Below are positions 40,072 to 50,398 of a stretch of DNA of 64,000 bases, piece by piece. The first letter of the stretch is position 1; the number at the start of each line of letters is the position of its first letter. The stretch spans positions 736,001-800,000 of the forward strand of contig CBDCYI010000009.1 in assembly GCA_965224085.1 (NCBI GenBank). Reading direction: 5' to 3'. This DNA is from Candidatus Marinacidobacterales bacterium (GTDB lineage Bacteria > Acidobacteriota > Vicinamibacteria > Marinacidobacterales > SMYC01). The translations under genes were made by a program, and so were the position numbers. The notes under the pieces are model-generated. The model did no database searches and had not been told where the DNA came from. It saw only the letters and a program-made list of their open reading frames with translations.

Positions 40072-40983
40072 CTAGGCTGGGGCCGCTGCGTTCGTCGACA
40101 CGCGCCCCTTGTCGAGGATGTGATCGGGAACGCGTTTCAAATCCCAGATCAATCCGAGCTTCGACAGAAGGAAAAGACCGTAATACGTGATGTCGATCTC
40201 CCACCAGTAAAAGCCTTGGCGGGTCGCGGTGGGGTAGTGATGGTGGTTGTTGTGCCAGCCCTCGCCAAAGGTCAAAAGGGCCAGAAACCAATTATTGCGG
40301 CTGTCGTCGCCCGTCACGTAGCGGCGCTTTCCGAAAAGATGCGACAACGAATTGATCGTGAACGTCGAATGGCCGAGAAGCACGGTCGAGACAAAGAAAC
40401 CCCAGATCAGCATTTGTGAGCCCGAAGTGCCTAGCCCAGGCGCGTAGGTCTGGAGCAGCACACCTAAGCCGAAGCAAGCGGTGCCTAGAAGGGTAGGAAC
40501 GAGCACGTCGATGCGATCGAGGATACGAAGCTCCGGAAACTTGGCGAGGTCGGGCACGAGCCGCATGCGCGTCGCTGAGTTGGCGCGGGCGAAGACCCAA
40601 CCGATATGGGAGTAGATGAAGCCCCGCCGGATGGGCGAGTGCACGTCTTCTTCCTGGTCCGAGTACTGATGATGACGCCGGTGATGGGCGGCCCACCACA
40701 GAGGGCCTTTCTGAACAGAAGCGTTTCCGAGCATCGCGAAAAGAAACTGAAACCAGCGCGAGGTCTTGTAGCTTCGATGCGAAAGATAGCGGTGATAGAA
40801 ACCGGTAATCGCGAACATCCTCGCCGCGTAAAGGGCGAGACACACGGCCACGGCTATCCAGCTCGCGCCGACCCAAAACACGCCGAGGGCCACTAAATGC
40901 ACCGCGACAAAGGGAATGGTGGAAATCCAGGAAATGCCGCCGTCGGGTTGCACGGCGCGTAAGTCGGATGCTTGCGTACTCAC
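40072..40983 (-). CDS. Acyl-CoA/acyl-lipid delta-9 fatty acid desaturase
   Basis: His boxes HRYLSH, HRRHH and GEGWHNNHH. Confidence 0.92.
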   Translation of the reverse strand: MSTQASDLRAVQPDGGISWISTIPFVAVHLVALGVFWVGASWIAVAVCLALYAARMFAITGFYHRYLSHRSYKTSRWFQFLFAMLGNASVQKGPLWWAAHHRRHHQYSDQEEDVHSPIRRGFIYSHIGWVFARANSATRMRLVPDLAKFPELRILDRIDVLVPTLLGTACFGLGVLLQTYAPGLGTSGSQMLIWGFFVSTVLLGHSTFTINSLSHLFGKRRYVTGDDSRNNWFLALLTFGEGWHNNHHHYPTATRQGFYWWEIDITYYGLFLLSKLGLIWDLKRVPDHILDKGRVSTNAAAPA

Positions 40984-41150
40984 TAAAGCTCTCCTCTAAG
41001 GTAGGATTAGGGGTTAAACGAGGAGCCTTCCTCCGTGGAAAAACAGGCTCACGACCGCCGGGACCGGCCAATGGTACACCAACACGGGTATTAGCGTAGC
41101 ATGGAAAGCTCATGGGCCCAAAGTCGAGAGGGTCGACTAGAATTAGACTC

Positions 41151-41463
41151 ATGGCGGGGCGCGGCGAGGGGAGTCGAAAACGCGCCATCCTTCCCAGTGG
41201 CTTGGGACTCGAGCTCGAGGACGTTACGAAGCCCGCCACAAGCGCGACGCTCTTCGGGAACGAGGCTCCCCTCGAACTCGAGGTCGGCTCGGGCAAAGGC
41301 ACCTTCCTCGTGTCCGAATCGAAGATCCGACCCGAAGTCAACTTCCTCGGTGTCGAGTATGCGCGCCTCTACTGGCGCCTCGCCGAGGATCGGCGGCGGC
41401 GCAACGCCTGCGAAAACGTGCGCGTCGTGCTCGCCCACGCGGTTACTTTCATCCGCGAGGTAT
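41151..41463 (+). pseudogene. trmB: tRNA (guanine-N7)-methyltransferase, truncated by the 145-bp repeat
   Basis: LFGNEAPLELEVGSGKGTFL...PEVNFLGVE...NVRVV. Ends before the FPDPW motif. Confidence 0.82.
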
Positions 41464-41608
41464 TGTCAAGTTTTCCACGGCTTGACGGCCACCCCGAATG
41501 AATGAAACGCGTTAGTCTCTGGAGGTGGCACCGGCTCAACACGACGCCTGAGGGAGCTCGGGTTTGGCGTCACTGCCCCCAAACGCTACATCCTGAGTTT
41601 CTTATTAG
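41464..41608 (-). repeat. Dispersed 145-bp repeat, copy B
   Basis: Reverse complement of 15919..16072 with a few substitutions and one indel. Confidence 0.9.
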
Positions 41609-42047
41609 TGTCTCTTCCGGGGATGGTCGAAACCCCTCGCCTTTAGGCGAAGAGAAGATCGTGGTATTGTAGTAGCGGTTCGTGTGCGCGATCTGATTCG
41701 TCAGATCGCGATGGAACATGAGCTGCACATAATCTCGGGTAAGGTTGCACGCGACCACGTCCACGTGTTCGTATCCTACCGACCACACCAGGACCTGAGT
41801 ACGATCGTGCAGTGGCTAAAAGGAATAAGCTCCCGAGTACTCCTTCAGGAGTTTGCTCACCTGAGGAAGAAGTTTTGGGGCCGGCACTTCTGGGCCCGAG
41901 GATATCTGGCGGTGAGTTCAGGAAGCATAACGGACGAGATGGTAAAGGAGTACATAGACTCCCAGGATGGCGAGCCTCTTCACGACGACAGTCAATTTCC
42001 AATTGACAGCCCTTGAAGCCACCGCCTTCTAGGCGGTGGTTGTTCAC
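41609..42047 (+). mobile_element. IS200/IS605 element (tnpA only) with a 101-bp internal deletion; non-autonomous
   Basis: Matches 57383..57922 except for the missing segment (57760..57860) that carries the tnpA start. Both end hairpins are kept, and the element follows TTAG. Confidence 0.92.
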
Positions 42048-42838
42048 TTGACGTTGAGCGAGCGAACCTATTGCGTCGAGCTGATTTCCTTTGCTCTCAT
42101 CGGACGGCACAGGTTACCTCCTGCCAGACGATGAAAGCGCGGTCTCGTAGCTCCCGATGATGATGCGCTTGCAACAAATGCCGTCCGACGCGAAAGAGGT
42201 TTTGCACGAGTCCATGCACGGTCAAGAATCGTTGCGCCTGCCCAGGAGTTTTAAACTTCCGCATCTGTCGTTCCCGTTGTCGCGTCGGTTCGTGCGAGAC
42301 TTCGGCTAGGTTGTTTCTGTACTGGTCAGTGTCGTGGACGACGGACGGCATGACCTCGCGGTGAGCGGCGCTGTAGCTTCTCAGTTTGTCGGTGACCAGC
42401 TGCCAGGGCGGACGGCCTTGCCCTTTCAACAGCTTGCGGAAGAATCGTTTGGCGGCTTTCTGATCACGGCGAGGCTGGACGAGGATATCAATCACATCAC
42501 CATCTTGGTCTACCGCGCGCCAGAGGTATTGGCGTTCGCCTTGTATCTTTATGAAGACCTCGTCCAGGAGCCACGTGTCACCAAGGCGACCCTGCCGACG
42601 CTTCAGTCGCCGAGCGTATTCCGGCCCGAACTTGATGCACCAAAGTCGGATCGCTTCGTAGGAAACCGTGATGCCTCGCTGAGCAAGCAGCTCTTCGACG
42701 TTTCGAAAGCTCACGCAGAATCGGTGGTAGAGCCAGACGGCGTGGCTGATGATTTCCGGTGGAAATCGATAGCCGTGGTAGCTTGGCGCATCGGTCTTCA
42801 TTGGACCATTCTGTCAGTCACCAGCTCAATTTGACAGC
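42048..42838 (-). mobile_element. IS6 family element, intact 234-aa transposase 42097..42801, clipped ends
   Basis: YRFPPEII, WLLDEVF, YLWRAVDQDG, TDKLRSY, NNLAEVSH. Partial IRs GCTGTCAAATTGAGC and TTGACGTTGAGC. Confidence 0.88.
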
Positions 42839-42844
42839 AATGGC

Positions 42845-43458
42845 ACCGCCCGCGTGGGCGGAGGTCATCGGAGAGTGACCGAAATCGTTCGTTCACTCGA
42901 AAGTACCAGACCGACACCTTCGACATCCTGCGCGACCGGAGCGAACTCAACGTTCGGACGGCGGTGCCCGTGCCGACCAGCCTGATCTTCCCGAGCAAGT
43001 ACTTTCCCGAGAGCGACGTCGCCGAGTCCGGTACGTACGTCCAGGCAGAGCTCCAATTCGGCCGCGTCACGCTCGTGCCCGGGGTGCGTTACGATCACTT
43101 CTCGCTCGACGCCAACCAGAGCGACCCGATCTTCCTTGCAAGCCTGAACCCTGAGCCGACCGACTTCTCCTACAGCGCCGTATCGCCGAAAGTTGGCGTA
43201 TCGGCGCGATTGACGGACGTGGTGACCGTCCATGCGCAGTACGCCAGGGGATTCCGGGCGCCACCATACAGCAGAGCCGTCAACACCGGCTTCACGAACC
43301 CACAGGGAGGCTACGTCACGCTTCCCAATCCCGAGCTCAGGGCGGAGACGAGCGACAACATCGAGGTCGGTGTGCGGACCGCGTTCGACCGCGCGAGCTT
43401 CGGCGTGACCGTCTTCTCGAACCGGTTCGATAACTTCATCGACCTGACGACGGTCGGC
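42845..43458 (+). pseudogene. TonB-dependent receptor internal fragment
   Basis: LVPGVRYDHF, VSPKVG, YARGFRAP, PNPELRAETS, FSNRFDNFI. Confidence 0.8.
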
Positions 43459-44546
43459 GGCGTTGTTGCACGGCCCGGAGCAAATCGCTGACCTCCCTGT
43501 GCCGGTCGGAGAGTCACCCGGCGCAGTAAGTATCGGGCATACCGAGCGCGGTCATCTTGTTGAGTATCTCGCACCCAATTCGGTGTTCAACTCGTTGCCT
43601 CGCCAACGTTCGAGCCCGCATCTCGGGCCCCATGATCGCCTTGTAACGATAGACCGCGTTCTCCACCATGCTTCGCTCGGTGCAGCCTGAGAGCTTGTAC
43701 CATTCACGTCGGCCGTGTCTTTCGATGGCACGAATATGGCGGTCGCGTTCCCGCATTGCGGTGTTCGAATTCTGACTGAGCGTGGCGTTTCGTTGCGGCG
43801 GAATCACCACGCGCGTCCTTCGTTCAGGGCTGTGCGCTTCGATGGCTTCGTAGACCGCTTCCTTGTCGTATGCACTGTCCGCCGCCACCGACGCTATAGG
43901 TGCTTGAATCTGTGTTAGCAAAGGGGGGACTCGCGTTGCGTCGCGAGCTCGTGACACCGTCAGTTCGGACGCAACAATGTTGCCGGTCTTGCGATCAACG
44001 GCGATGTGCAACTTGCGCCAGGCGCGCTGCTTTGGCGGTTTGCGGGTGGTTCCAACATGAATCCTCAAGCCCGTGCTATCGATCATCAGGTGGATTGGTT
44101 GATTGCTTGCGGCTTTCCGAATCCGCAGCTTCTTGCGGAGCAGCCTCGACCGCCGACACAACGTCGAGTAGTCCGGGATCTCGATACACAGCCGGAGAAG
44201 CGAGGCGATCGAGTTCAAGAAGCCTTCGGTTTGGCGGTAGGCAAGCTTGTACACCATCCGGACAACCAGGCCCGTTTCAATCGCCATCTCTGAATAGACC
44301 CGTTGACCGCCAGGCTTACCGCTCTTGTCGGCCTTCCAGTTCGCGATTGCCTCCTCGTCAAACCAGACCGTCAAATCGCCCCGGCGGCGCAGCCCTTCGT
44401 TGTATTCCGCCCAGTTGGAAACGTGGTACTTCTTCTGTTTCGCGTGTTTGTACTGGCTGCGCTTGGGATACTTCATGGTCGAACATTACCTCGGCCACCA
44501 CCATAGGGTAGATTTCGCGCTCAGCCAAGAGCGGTGCAACAACGCC
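43459..44546 (-). mobile_element. IS5 family (IS903 group), copy 3, transposase 43514..44476
   Basis: Same TIRs and a near-identical transposase. Confidence 0.95.
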
Positions 44547-44791
44547 GCTTTTTCGGCACAACCATTCCCTACATCCACGAAAGCGGGACGATCGGCATCC
44601 TTTTCAGCCTGGCCGTGGTGGTCATCGCCGCGCTCAATCTGGTGCTGGACTTCGATTTCATCGAGACCGGCGCCGAGCGGGGCGCGCCGAAGTACATGGA
44701 GTGGTACGGGGCCTTCGGACTGCTGGTCACCCTGATCTGGCTTTACCTTGAGATGCTGCGACTCCTTGCCAAATTGCACAGTCGCAAGTAG
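44547..44791 (+). pseudogene. Bax inhibitor-1/YccA-like membrane protein, 3' fragment
   Basis: IAALNLVLDFDFIE.GAERGAPKYMEWYGAFGLLVTLIWLYLEMLRLL. Confidence 0.8.
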
Positions 44792-44817
44792 GCGGACGAT
44801 CCCTTCGTCGCCGCCCG

Positions 44818-45586
44818 CCCGTCGTGTCCAAAAATACAAACGAACTCAAGAAAGCCGGATTCGAGCGGCGCTCGCCCGATGGACCTCGTGGAGCGCGACT
44901 TCAACGCCACACGCCCGAACGAGCTCTGGGTCTCGGACCTGACCTACATTGCCACGTGGCGCGGCTTCGTGTATGTCGCCTTCGTCATCGACGTCTTCGC
45001 TCGACTCATCGTCGGCTGGCGAGCGACGACATCGTTGACTGCCGGCATCGCTCTCGATGCGTTGGAGCAGGCGCTGCACGAGCGCCGACTAAACCCAGAA
45101 GACCCATTGGTGCATCACAGCGATCGCGGCGTGCAGTACGTCTCGATCCGTTACACCGAGCGGCTCGCCGAGGCGGGCATTGAGCCGTCCGTCGGCAGCC
45201 GAGGCGACTCTTACGATAACGCTTTGGCTGAATCCATCATCGGCCGCTACAAGACCGAGGTGACCCGTCGACGCGGGCTGTGCCTTCTATTTATTCATCC
45301 GGGCGCCCCGAACTTGATTAGTCTCCGGTCTGCCGGCACCATACCTGCTTGATTTCGTCGTTTGTTCGCGCTCTCATCTCCGCCTTCAAGGCTCGTCGCG
45401 AACTGGCTCTTGACAATGTCGCTCTTCGGCAGCAGCTCGCCGTCCTCTGCCGTACGGTGAAACGGCGCGGCTCTCGAAGGTCGACCGCGGGTGGGGTAAC
45501 TGTAAAGCCTAGGGGCCCTTGGCCCAGTCGCTAAGCTGCTGATTTATGGTCTATTTCGAAAGGGCCGAGTTTTGGCACAGGACGGG
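44818..45586 (+). mobile_element. Non-autonomous IR-bounded unit containing IS3 orfB and integrase-core transposase fragments
   Basis: Left end CCCGTCGTGTCCAAAAA, right end TTTTGGCACAGGACGGG. Inside are WVSDLTY...HHSDRGVQY...DNALAES and ELALDNVALRQQLAVL. Confidence 0.6.
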
Positions 45587-45847
45587 GAACCCGAATTGCC
45601 GGCCACAACGTCACCCTCCCAGGGCACTGGTGTCACCTCGTTCGAATGGGCGAGGATCTCCACGACCGCCTAGGGGCAGCCCCGACGTTCAGAACAATAG
45701 GCCGGATATTCGAAAACAATCGCAAGAGCGAGTCTCTCCACGTTCATAAGACGCCGGTTACACCATCGGATCGACCGATACGGACCAGCCGATCGTGGTA
45801 GGTCTAAACGCCGCAATCAACGCTGGATCGACTTTTGCGGAGCACAA

Positions 45848-45903
45848 CTAAGCTGCTGATTTATGGTCTATTTCAAAAAGGCCGAGTTTTGGCACAGGAC
45901 GGG
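45848..45903 (+). repeat. Second copy of the 56-bp element right end
   Basis: CTAAGCTGCTGATTTATGGTCTATTTC...GGCCGAGTTTTGGCACAGGACGGG; two mismatches versus 45531..45586. Confidence 0.9.
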
Positions 45904-46191
45904 ATAGAAATGACTATCTGTCCCAGACAGAGAAGACTCCGCAAGCCCCACACTACCCAGGACGATGAACGTTATCAACGCAACTCGGAAAGTACTCCTG
46001 ACGGGAAGTTCAGAGGCGAACCGTTCAGGACCTAAGCCCGCTCCTTGTGAAACGCGTCTTACAAGCATCACTCATGTAGCATCCATAACACGACTCCCAC
46101 CTGGAACTTAGCAAGATCGACAAACTAGCGAAGCAATCTCCACTCGACCCGTATGATCGCTCTGGAAACGTGACGTGTAGAGTCCTCTCTC

Positions 46192-47667
46192 CTAGTCACG
46201 CGACGCTTTTGCAGGAGGACGTTTTGTAGGGGGACGGATCCCTTTCTCCAAGACCCTTTGCACAAAGCCAACCATGATTTGCGTCGATTCCACTAGCCCT
46301 GCGATGCTCACGAATTCATCGGGTGAGTGCGCGCCACCGCCACCGCCCGGGAGCTTGATGCCTCCGGAATAGAGCACGATCGCGCCCACGTTCCAGAAAT
46401 CTGGCCTGCCGCCTCCGCCACTTCCTCCCCATCTCATCTCTATATCTTGGTTCCCCGTGTACTCACGGCTGAACTCCAAGATTTCCTGTACCAGCGGGTC
46501 GTCTTCGGTGATCACGTCCCAAACGTTTCCGGGAGCCTTTTGAACGTGAGTAACCTCGAGCTCAACGCGCAGCTCGGGATTCTCTTTCATGAGGTCATCA
46601 AGTAGCTGGTTTAGTTCCGCCACCACCTGGCGGTGGTCTTGATTCGGAAACAGGCGAAGATCCAGAAACGCCTCTGCCTTCGACGGCATGACGTTGACCG
46701 CCACGTCGCGCGGGTCGCCGGTGGTAAGCACGGTAACATCCACCATGGGCTTCCGACCAGCGAATAACGGATCTTCTTCCCAGGTCATCCAGCGATCTAC
46801 ATCGATTACGGCTGGTATGACCTCCACAATTTGATGGGCGGCGTTGATCCCCCCAGGCGGATGGTGCATTTTCCCGGTGACGATCACCTTCGCCCAGACG
46901 TGGCCTCCCGCCTTACTGAATCTTGGTCCAAGACCCCCGGTGAGGTACCAGTCCGCTGCGATGAGTTCTGGCCGGTTTTCTACGACCCAGGGTAGACCAA
47001 ACTCCGTTGCGCCCTCTCCCGGTGGGATGGTCACAACCAGATCACCCTCCAGCTTGACCCCGGACTCCTTGAGAACCCTTAAGGTCTCGATGCGCTTCGC
47101 CACCCCTGCATGCGAATTGGTGGCGCCGCGCCCATAGATCTTACCGTCGATGATCTCCCCTCCTAGTGGGTCTACCGTCCAAACACCCCGATCTCCGATC
47201 ACAACGTTGTTGTAGTGCGTTGTCAACCCCAGAACGGGCTTCCCGGTCGTACCCCGAAGTCGCGCGACAACGACAGGAAAGTCAGAAGGATCCCCTGGAT
47301 ATTTTACTCCGAGACCCCGATGATACGGCGCCTCGAAAGGCTCCTCGGGATAAACCACCTCAACCTCGACCCCGATAGCCCTAAGCTCTTTTCCAAGGAA
47401 CTCGGCCACCTCTGCATGATTATGGACGACGCCCTTTGCGAATTCAGTGTTGATCCGTACCATTTGCTGCACGAGCCTGACGAGATTCTCTTCGCTCACA
47501 AGCTCTTTGGGGTCTTGCGGAGTCGCGCGCTCCTGACTTTGCTCCACACTTTGCCCTTCACAACCGGACAATAAGACCATTACCACCAGCGCCACTGCTG
47601 CCCACCGCCATCCGCGAGGTGGTGTCCAAGACCTGACTTTACATCCTAAAAAACTCATTCCAATCAT
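46192..47667 (-). CDS. M20 family metallopeptidase (ArgE/DapE-like) lipoprotein
   Basis: WTVDPLGGEIIDGKIYGRGA, NVMP, DLRLFP, AHSPDEFV, lipobox LSGC. Metal ligands look divergent. Confidence 0.75.
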   Translation of the reverse strand: MIGMSFLGCKVRSWTPPRGWRWAAVALVVMVLLSGCEGQSVEQSQERATPQDPKELVSEENLVRLVQQMVRINTEFAKGVVHNHAEVAEFLGKELRAIGVEVEVVYPEEPFEAPYHRGLGVKYPGDPSDFPVVVARLRGTTGKPVLGLTTHYNNVVIGDRGVWTVDPLGGEIIDGKIYGRGATNSHAGVAKRIETLRVLKESGVKLEGDLVVTIPPGEGATEFGLPWVVENRPELIAADWYLTGGLGPRFSKAGGHVWAKVIVTGKMHHPPGGINAAHQIVEVIPAVIDVDRWMTWEEDPLFAGRKPMVDVTVLTTGDPRDVAVNVMPSKAEAFLDLRLFPNQDHRQVVAELNQLLDDLMKENPELRVELEVTHVQKAPGNVWDVITEDDPLVQEILEFSREYTGNQDIEMRWGGSGGGGRPDFWNVGAIVLYSGGIKLPGGGGGAHSPDEFVSIAGLVESTQIMVGFVQRVLEKGIRPPTKRPPAKASRD

Positions 47668-47732
47668 TGGTTTCTCCCTCCTTTTATTTTTGATTCATCT
47701 CCCGATTTTTTGCCTACATTCATTTTCAATCT

Positions 47733-47930
47733 GCCCCGTGCCACAGCTTGCTCAACAGCTGGTTCCAAGCTTGCAGCCGAAGCATCCGCTACTCGCTGAA
47801 GCCGAATCTGGCCAATGTGGTGTTTCCCTCCATTTGTGCTGCTATTACCACAAGTGCCTTACCCTCGGCTCCACGACCTCGTTTCCAAGACTCTTACCCG
47901 CCAACCTCAGTGTCTCATCAACCTCTATCT
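47733..47930 (-). pseudogene. IS1595 family transposase fragment
   Basis: IEVDET / KRGRGAEGKALVVIAAQ / IGQIRLQRVADASAASLE, with frameshifts. Confidence 0.65.
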
Positions 47931-48009
47931 TAAAGCAGCTAACGATGAATTTGTTAAAACGTGAACCTAACCCCTAACTTCATTATTCTCGCACCAAAAG
48001 TATCAATGG

Positions 48010-48456
48010 CACGTCTTCCCCCGCACCAGACCCGCCGCGGCCAACCGCTCCAGCACCCACGTGAACACCGCCGCGTGCGTCTCGACAGTCGATCCGCCGC
48101 CGCGTCCGCGACAGCGTCGAGTGGTCCGGCGCCGCCTCGGTCACGTCTAGGTCCAGAAACGACCGCAGACTCAACGAATCGGCCACCCGCCACGCAATCC
48201 CCCGCTCCGACGACAGCCCCTCGAAATAGCCGATGAACAGCAACCGGAAATACCGACCCGGGCGCAGACTCGGCCGGCCCAGCCGGTCTGCGTAGAAGGC
48301 CGCGCACAACCCTTCCACCAAGGCGTCGAACCCGGACTCTCCCAGGACCCGGTTCAGTCGCTCGAAGAAAGGATGGCCGCTGCTCGTCGGAAGGTCTTCC
48401 GTGTTCACCCACATCGGTGACGCCTGCCGTGCCGCCGGTTTCTTGCCCATTGCCAT
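48010..48456 (-). pseudogene. IS1182 family transposase, N-terminal fragment
   Basis: GHPFFERLN...GRPSLRPGRYFRLLFIGYFEGLSSERGIAWRVADSLSLRSFL...PDHSTLSRTRR. Confidence 0.8.
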
Positions 48457-48534
48457 GCCTACGCGAGCTACCAACCCACGCTGCGGAATTTTGACGAGGC
48501 TACCAGCTTCACGCAGTTTCTCGAGCAAGGCTCG

Positions 48535-49101
48535 ACGCGACGGGCATACTCGGGTGGAAGCGGTACGGCGTTCGAGCTTGGCGGAATGTTCTCACTGACA
48601 CCGAAGTTCGCGCTCATGGGGAGCTTCGAGAGCCTCTCGGCGACGCATGACGCGACTTTGGACATTTCCGTACCGCATCCCCTGCTGTTCAACCGGCCAC
48701 GCACAGCCAGCACGGACATTGATGCGCTCGACTACTCGGAGCGCGCGCTCCACTTCGATATCGCGTACCGGATTGCGGTACCCCCGGTCGAGATCGATCT
48801 CTTTGTCGGTCCGAGCATCTTTTTTGCAAAAACCGAGCTCCTCGATCAAGGCACCACGGACTCGCAATACCCGTTCGACGAGCTGTCGCTCACGGCCGTA
48901 AGCCGTGTGACCTTGGACGAGAGCGCTCTTGGCTTCAACGCGGGCGCCGGTGTGACGTACTACATGACGGAAGCAGTGGGAGTTTCCTTCGTGACGCGCT
49001 TCAGTCAGGCGGGCCTCGAGGCGATGCGAGAGGGGGGCGAGCCCGTCGCTTTCGATGCCGGTGGATTCCGGGTAGGAGGCGGTATCCGGATCAAGTTCTA
49101 G
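48535..49101 (+). pseudogene. Outer-membrane beta-barrel protein lacking its 5' end
   Basis: VPHPLLFNRPR...LGFNAGAGVTYY...GGFRVGGGIRIKF* with terminal Phe. No signal peptide. Confidence 0.6.
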
Positions 49102-49150
49102 CCGGGCTAGGACCGTCCTGTCGTCATGGGAATATCGCATCGCGCTGGTT

Positions 49151-49356
49151 GCTCGCCCAGGCGGGCATTGAGCCGTCCGTCGGCAGCCGAGGCGACTCCT
49201 ACGATAACGCTTTGGCTGAATCCATCATCGGCCTCTACAAGACCGAGGTGACCCGTCGACGCGGGGGCCCCCGACGAGACTTGAGTCGGAAGTACTGGTG
49301 TGCCTTCTATTTATTCATCCGCGCGCCCCGAACTTGATTAGTCTCTGGTCTGCCGG
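49151..49356 (+). repeat. Duplicate of 45163..45337 (IS3 orfB 3' piece plus an unrelated element end)
   Basis: Near-identical sequence; this copy carries ~30 extra bp at the junction. Confidence 0.85.
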
Positions 49357-49604
49357 TGCTTCCGCGTCGTGTCCAAAAACACAAACGAACTCAAGACCGG
49401 CTGCTGGGACGTTTCGGAATAGACGTGTCTACGCTTGGTTGGCCAATGGAAGCTAGAATCCTAGGTCATGAGCACGCGGGTCCAGCCCTTGACCTTGTTG
49501 GTCGCCATCGCTGGTTGGCTCCAGCGTGACCAACAGGCTGCTATGGTCTACTTGCTCGAGGAGAACAGAGTCCTCAAAGCTCGGCTTTGCGGGAGGAAGC
49601 TTCA

Positions 49605-49949
49605 ACGGAGGCCAAAGAACTGGATTTAGAAAAGTTTGAAACAGAAACCATGAACAAGATAGGTCTTCTCCCTGAGATTGGAGTAAGGTACAGAAGCACC
49701 TATTTCCAACATATCTTCAACCACGGACATCCTTCAGGATATTACAGCTACATATGGACCGAGGTTCTTGATGCCGATGCCTTTGAAGTATTTAAAGAGA
49801 CAGGCCTTTTTGACCAAAAAACAGCACAGGCATTCAGGGAGAACATTCTTGAAAGAGGCGGCACAGAAGATCCGATGACACTTTATAAGCGCTTCAGGGG
49901 AGCTGAACCTAAAATTGAGCCTTTGCTGAAGAGAAAAGGCTTTCAATAA
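49605..49949 (+). pseudogene. M3 peptidase (Dcp/oligopeptidase A) C-terminal fragment, visibly AT-rich
   Basis: RYRSTYFQHIF...GYYSYIWTEVLDADAF...ILERGGTEDPMTLYKRFRGAEP. Confidence 0.85.
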
Positions 49950-49984
49950 TCATTTTCGGCCAATCCCGGCGCACACAAGAGAAG

Positions 49985-50014
49985 AACCGGGGCGCCACTA
50001 TTGGCGCCCCGGTT
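49985..50014 (+). terminator. Intrinsic terminator-like hairpin
   Basis: 13-bp perfect stem AACCGGGGCGCCA-ctat-TGGCGCCCCGGTT after the peptidase stop. Confidence 0.7.
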
Positions 50015-50099
50015 TGTGTCGTCCTTCGAGACCTAGAGGTTTACGCCTTCTTTTCCTCCCAACCGTGTTAAAACTCTAAGCGGAGTCCGAATCTCACGA

Positions 50100-50283
50100 T
50101 GTTTCGTGTCACACTCATTTGGACCATTTAGCGGAATGAGCTAAGAGACACTTTCAGGGACGGAGTCCCGGTTGGAGAGTGTCCAATGAGTAAGAACGAG
50201 CAGTCCGCGGAGTCGGCGGTGCGTGAGATCCGTCGCAAGACGCGTCGCCGATTTTCTGGTGAAGAGAAGATCCGGATTGTGTT
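50100..50283 (+). pseudogene. IS3 family left end and orfA start
   Basis: TG-initiated end; MSKNEQSAESAVREIRRKTRRRFSGEEKIRIVL from 50186. Confidence 0.7.
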
Positions 50284-50398
50284 GGCCGAGTTTTGGCACA
50301 GGACGAGTTATGAGGCAGCTTTGTGGAAATAGACGATTTTCCGAGAGCCATGCTAGACTTTTTGACGCCGTCTAATTCGACAGGTTTAGAAGAGAGTC

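Larger units (their letters stand above)
49363..50307 (+). mobile_element. IR-bounded unit: truncated integrase-core transposase, M3 peptidase fragment, terminator and IS3 orfA start
   Basis: Left end CGTCGTGTCCAAAAACACAAACGAACTCAAGA (as at 44820), right end GGCCGAGTTTTGGCACAGGACG. MSTRVQ...AGWLQRDQQAAMVYLLEENRVLK begins at 49468. Confidence 0.6.

Noticed and set aside
45531-45903. CRISPR-like repeat-spacer array
   Set aside because: Only two 56-bp units with a 261-bp spacer and no cas genes; the unit is a transposon end.
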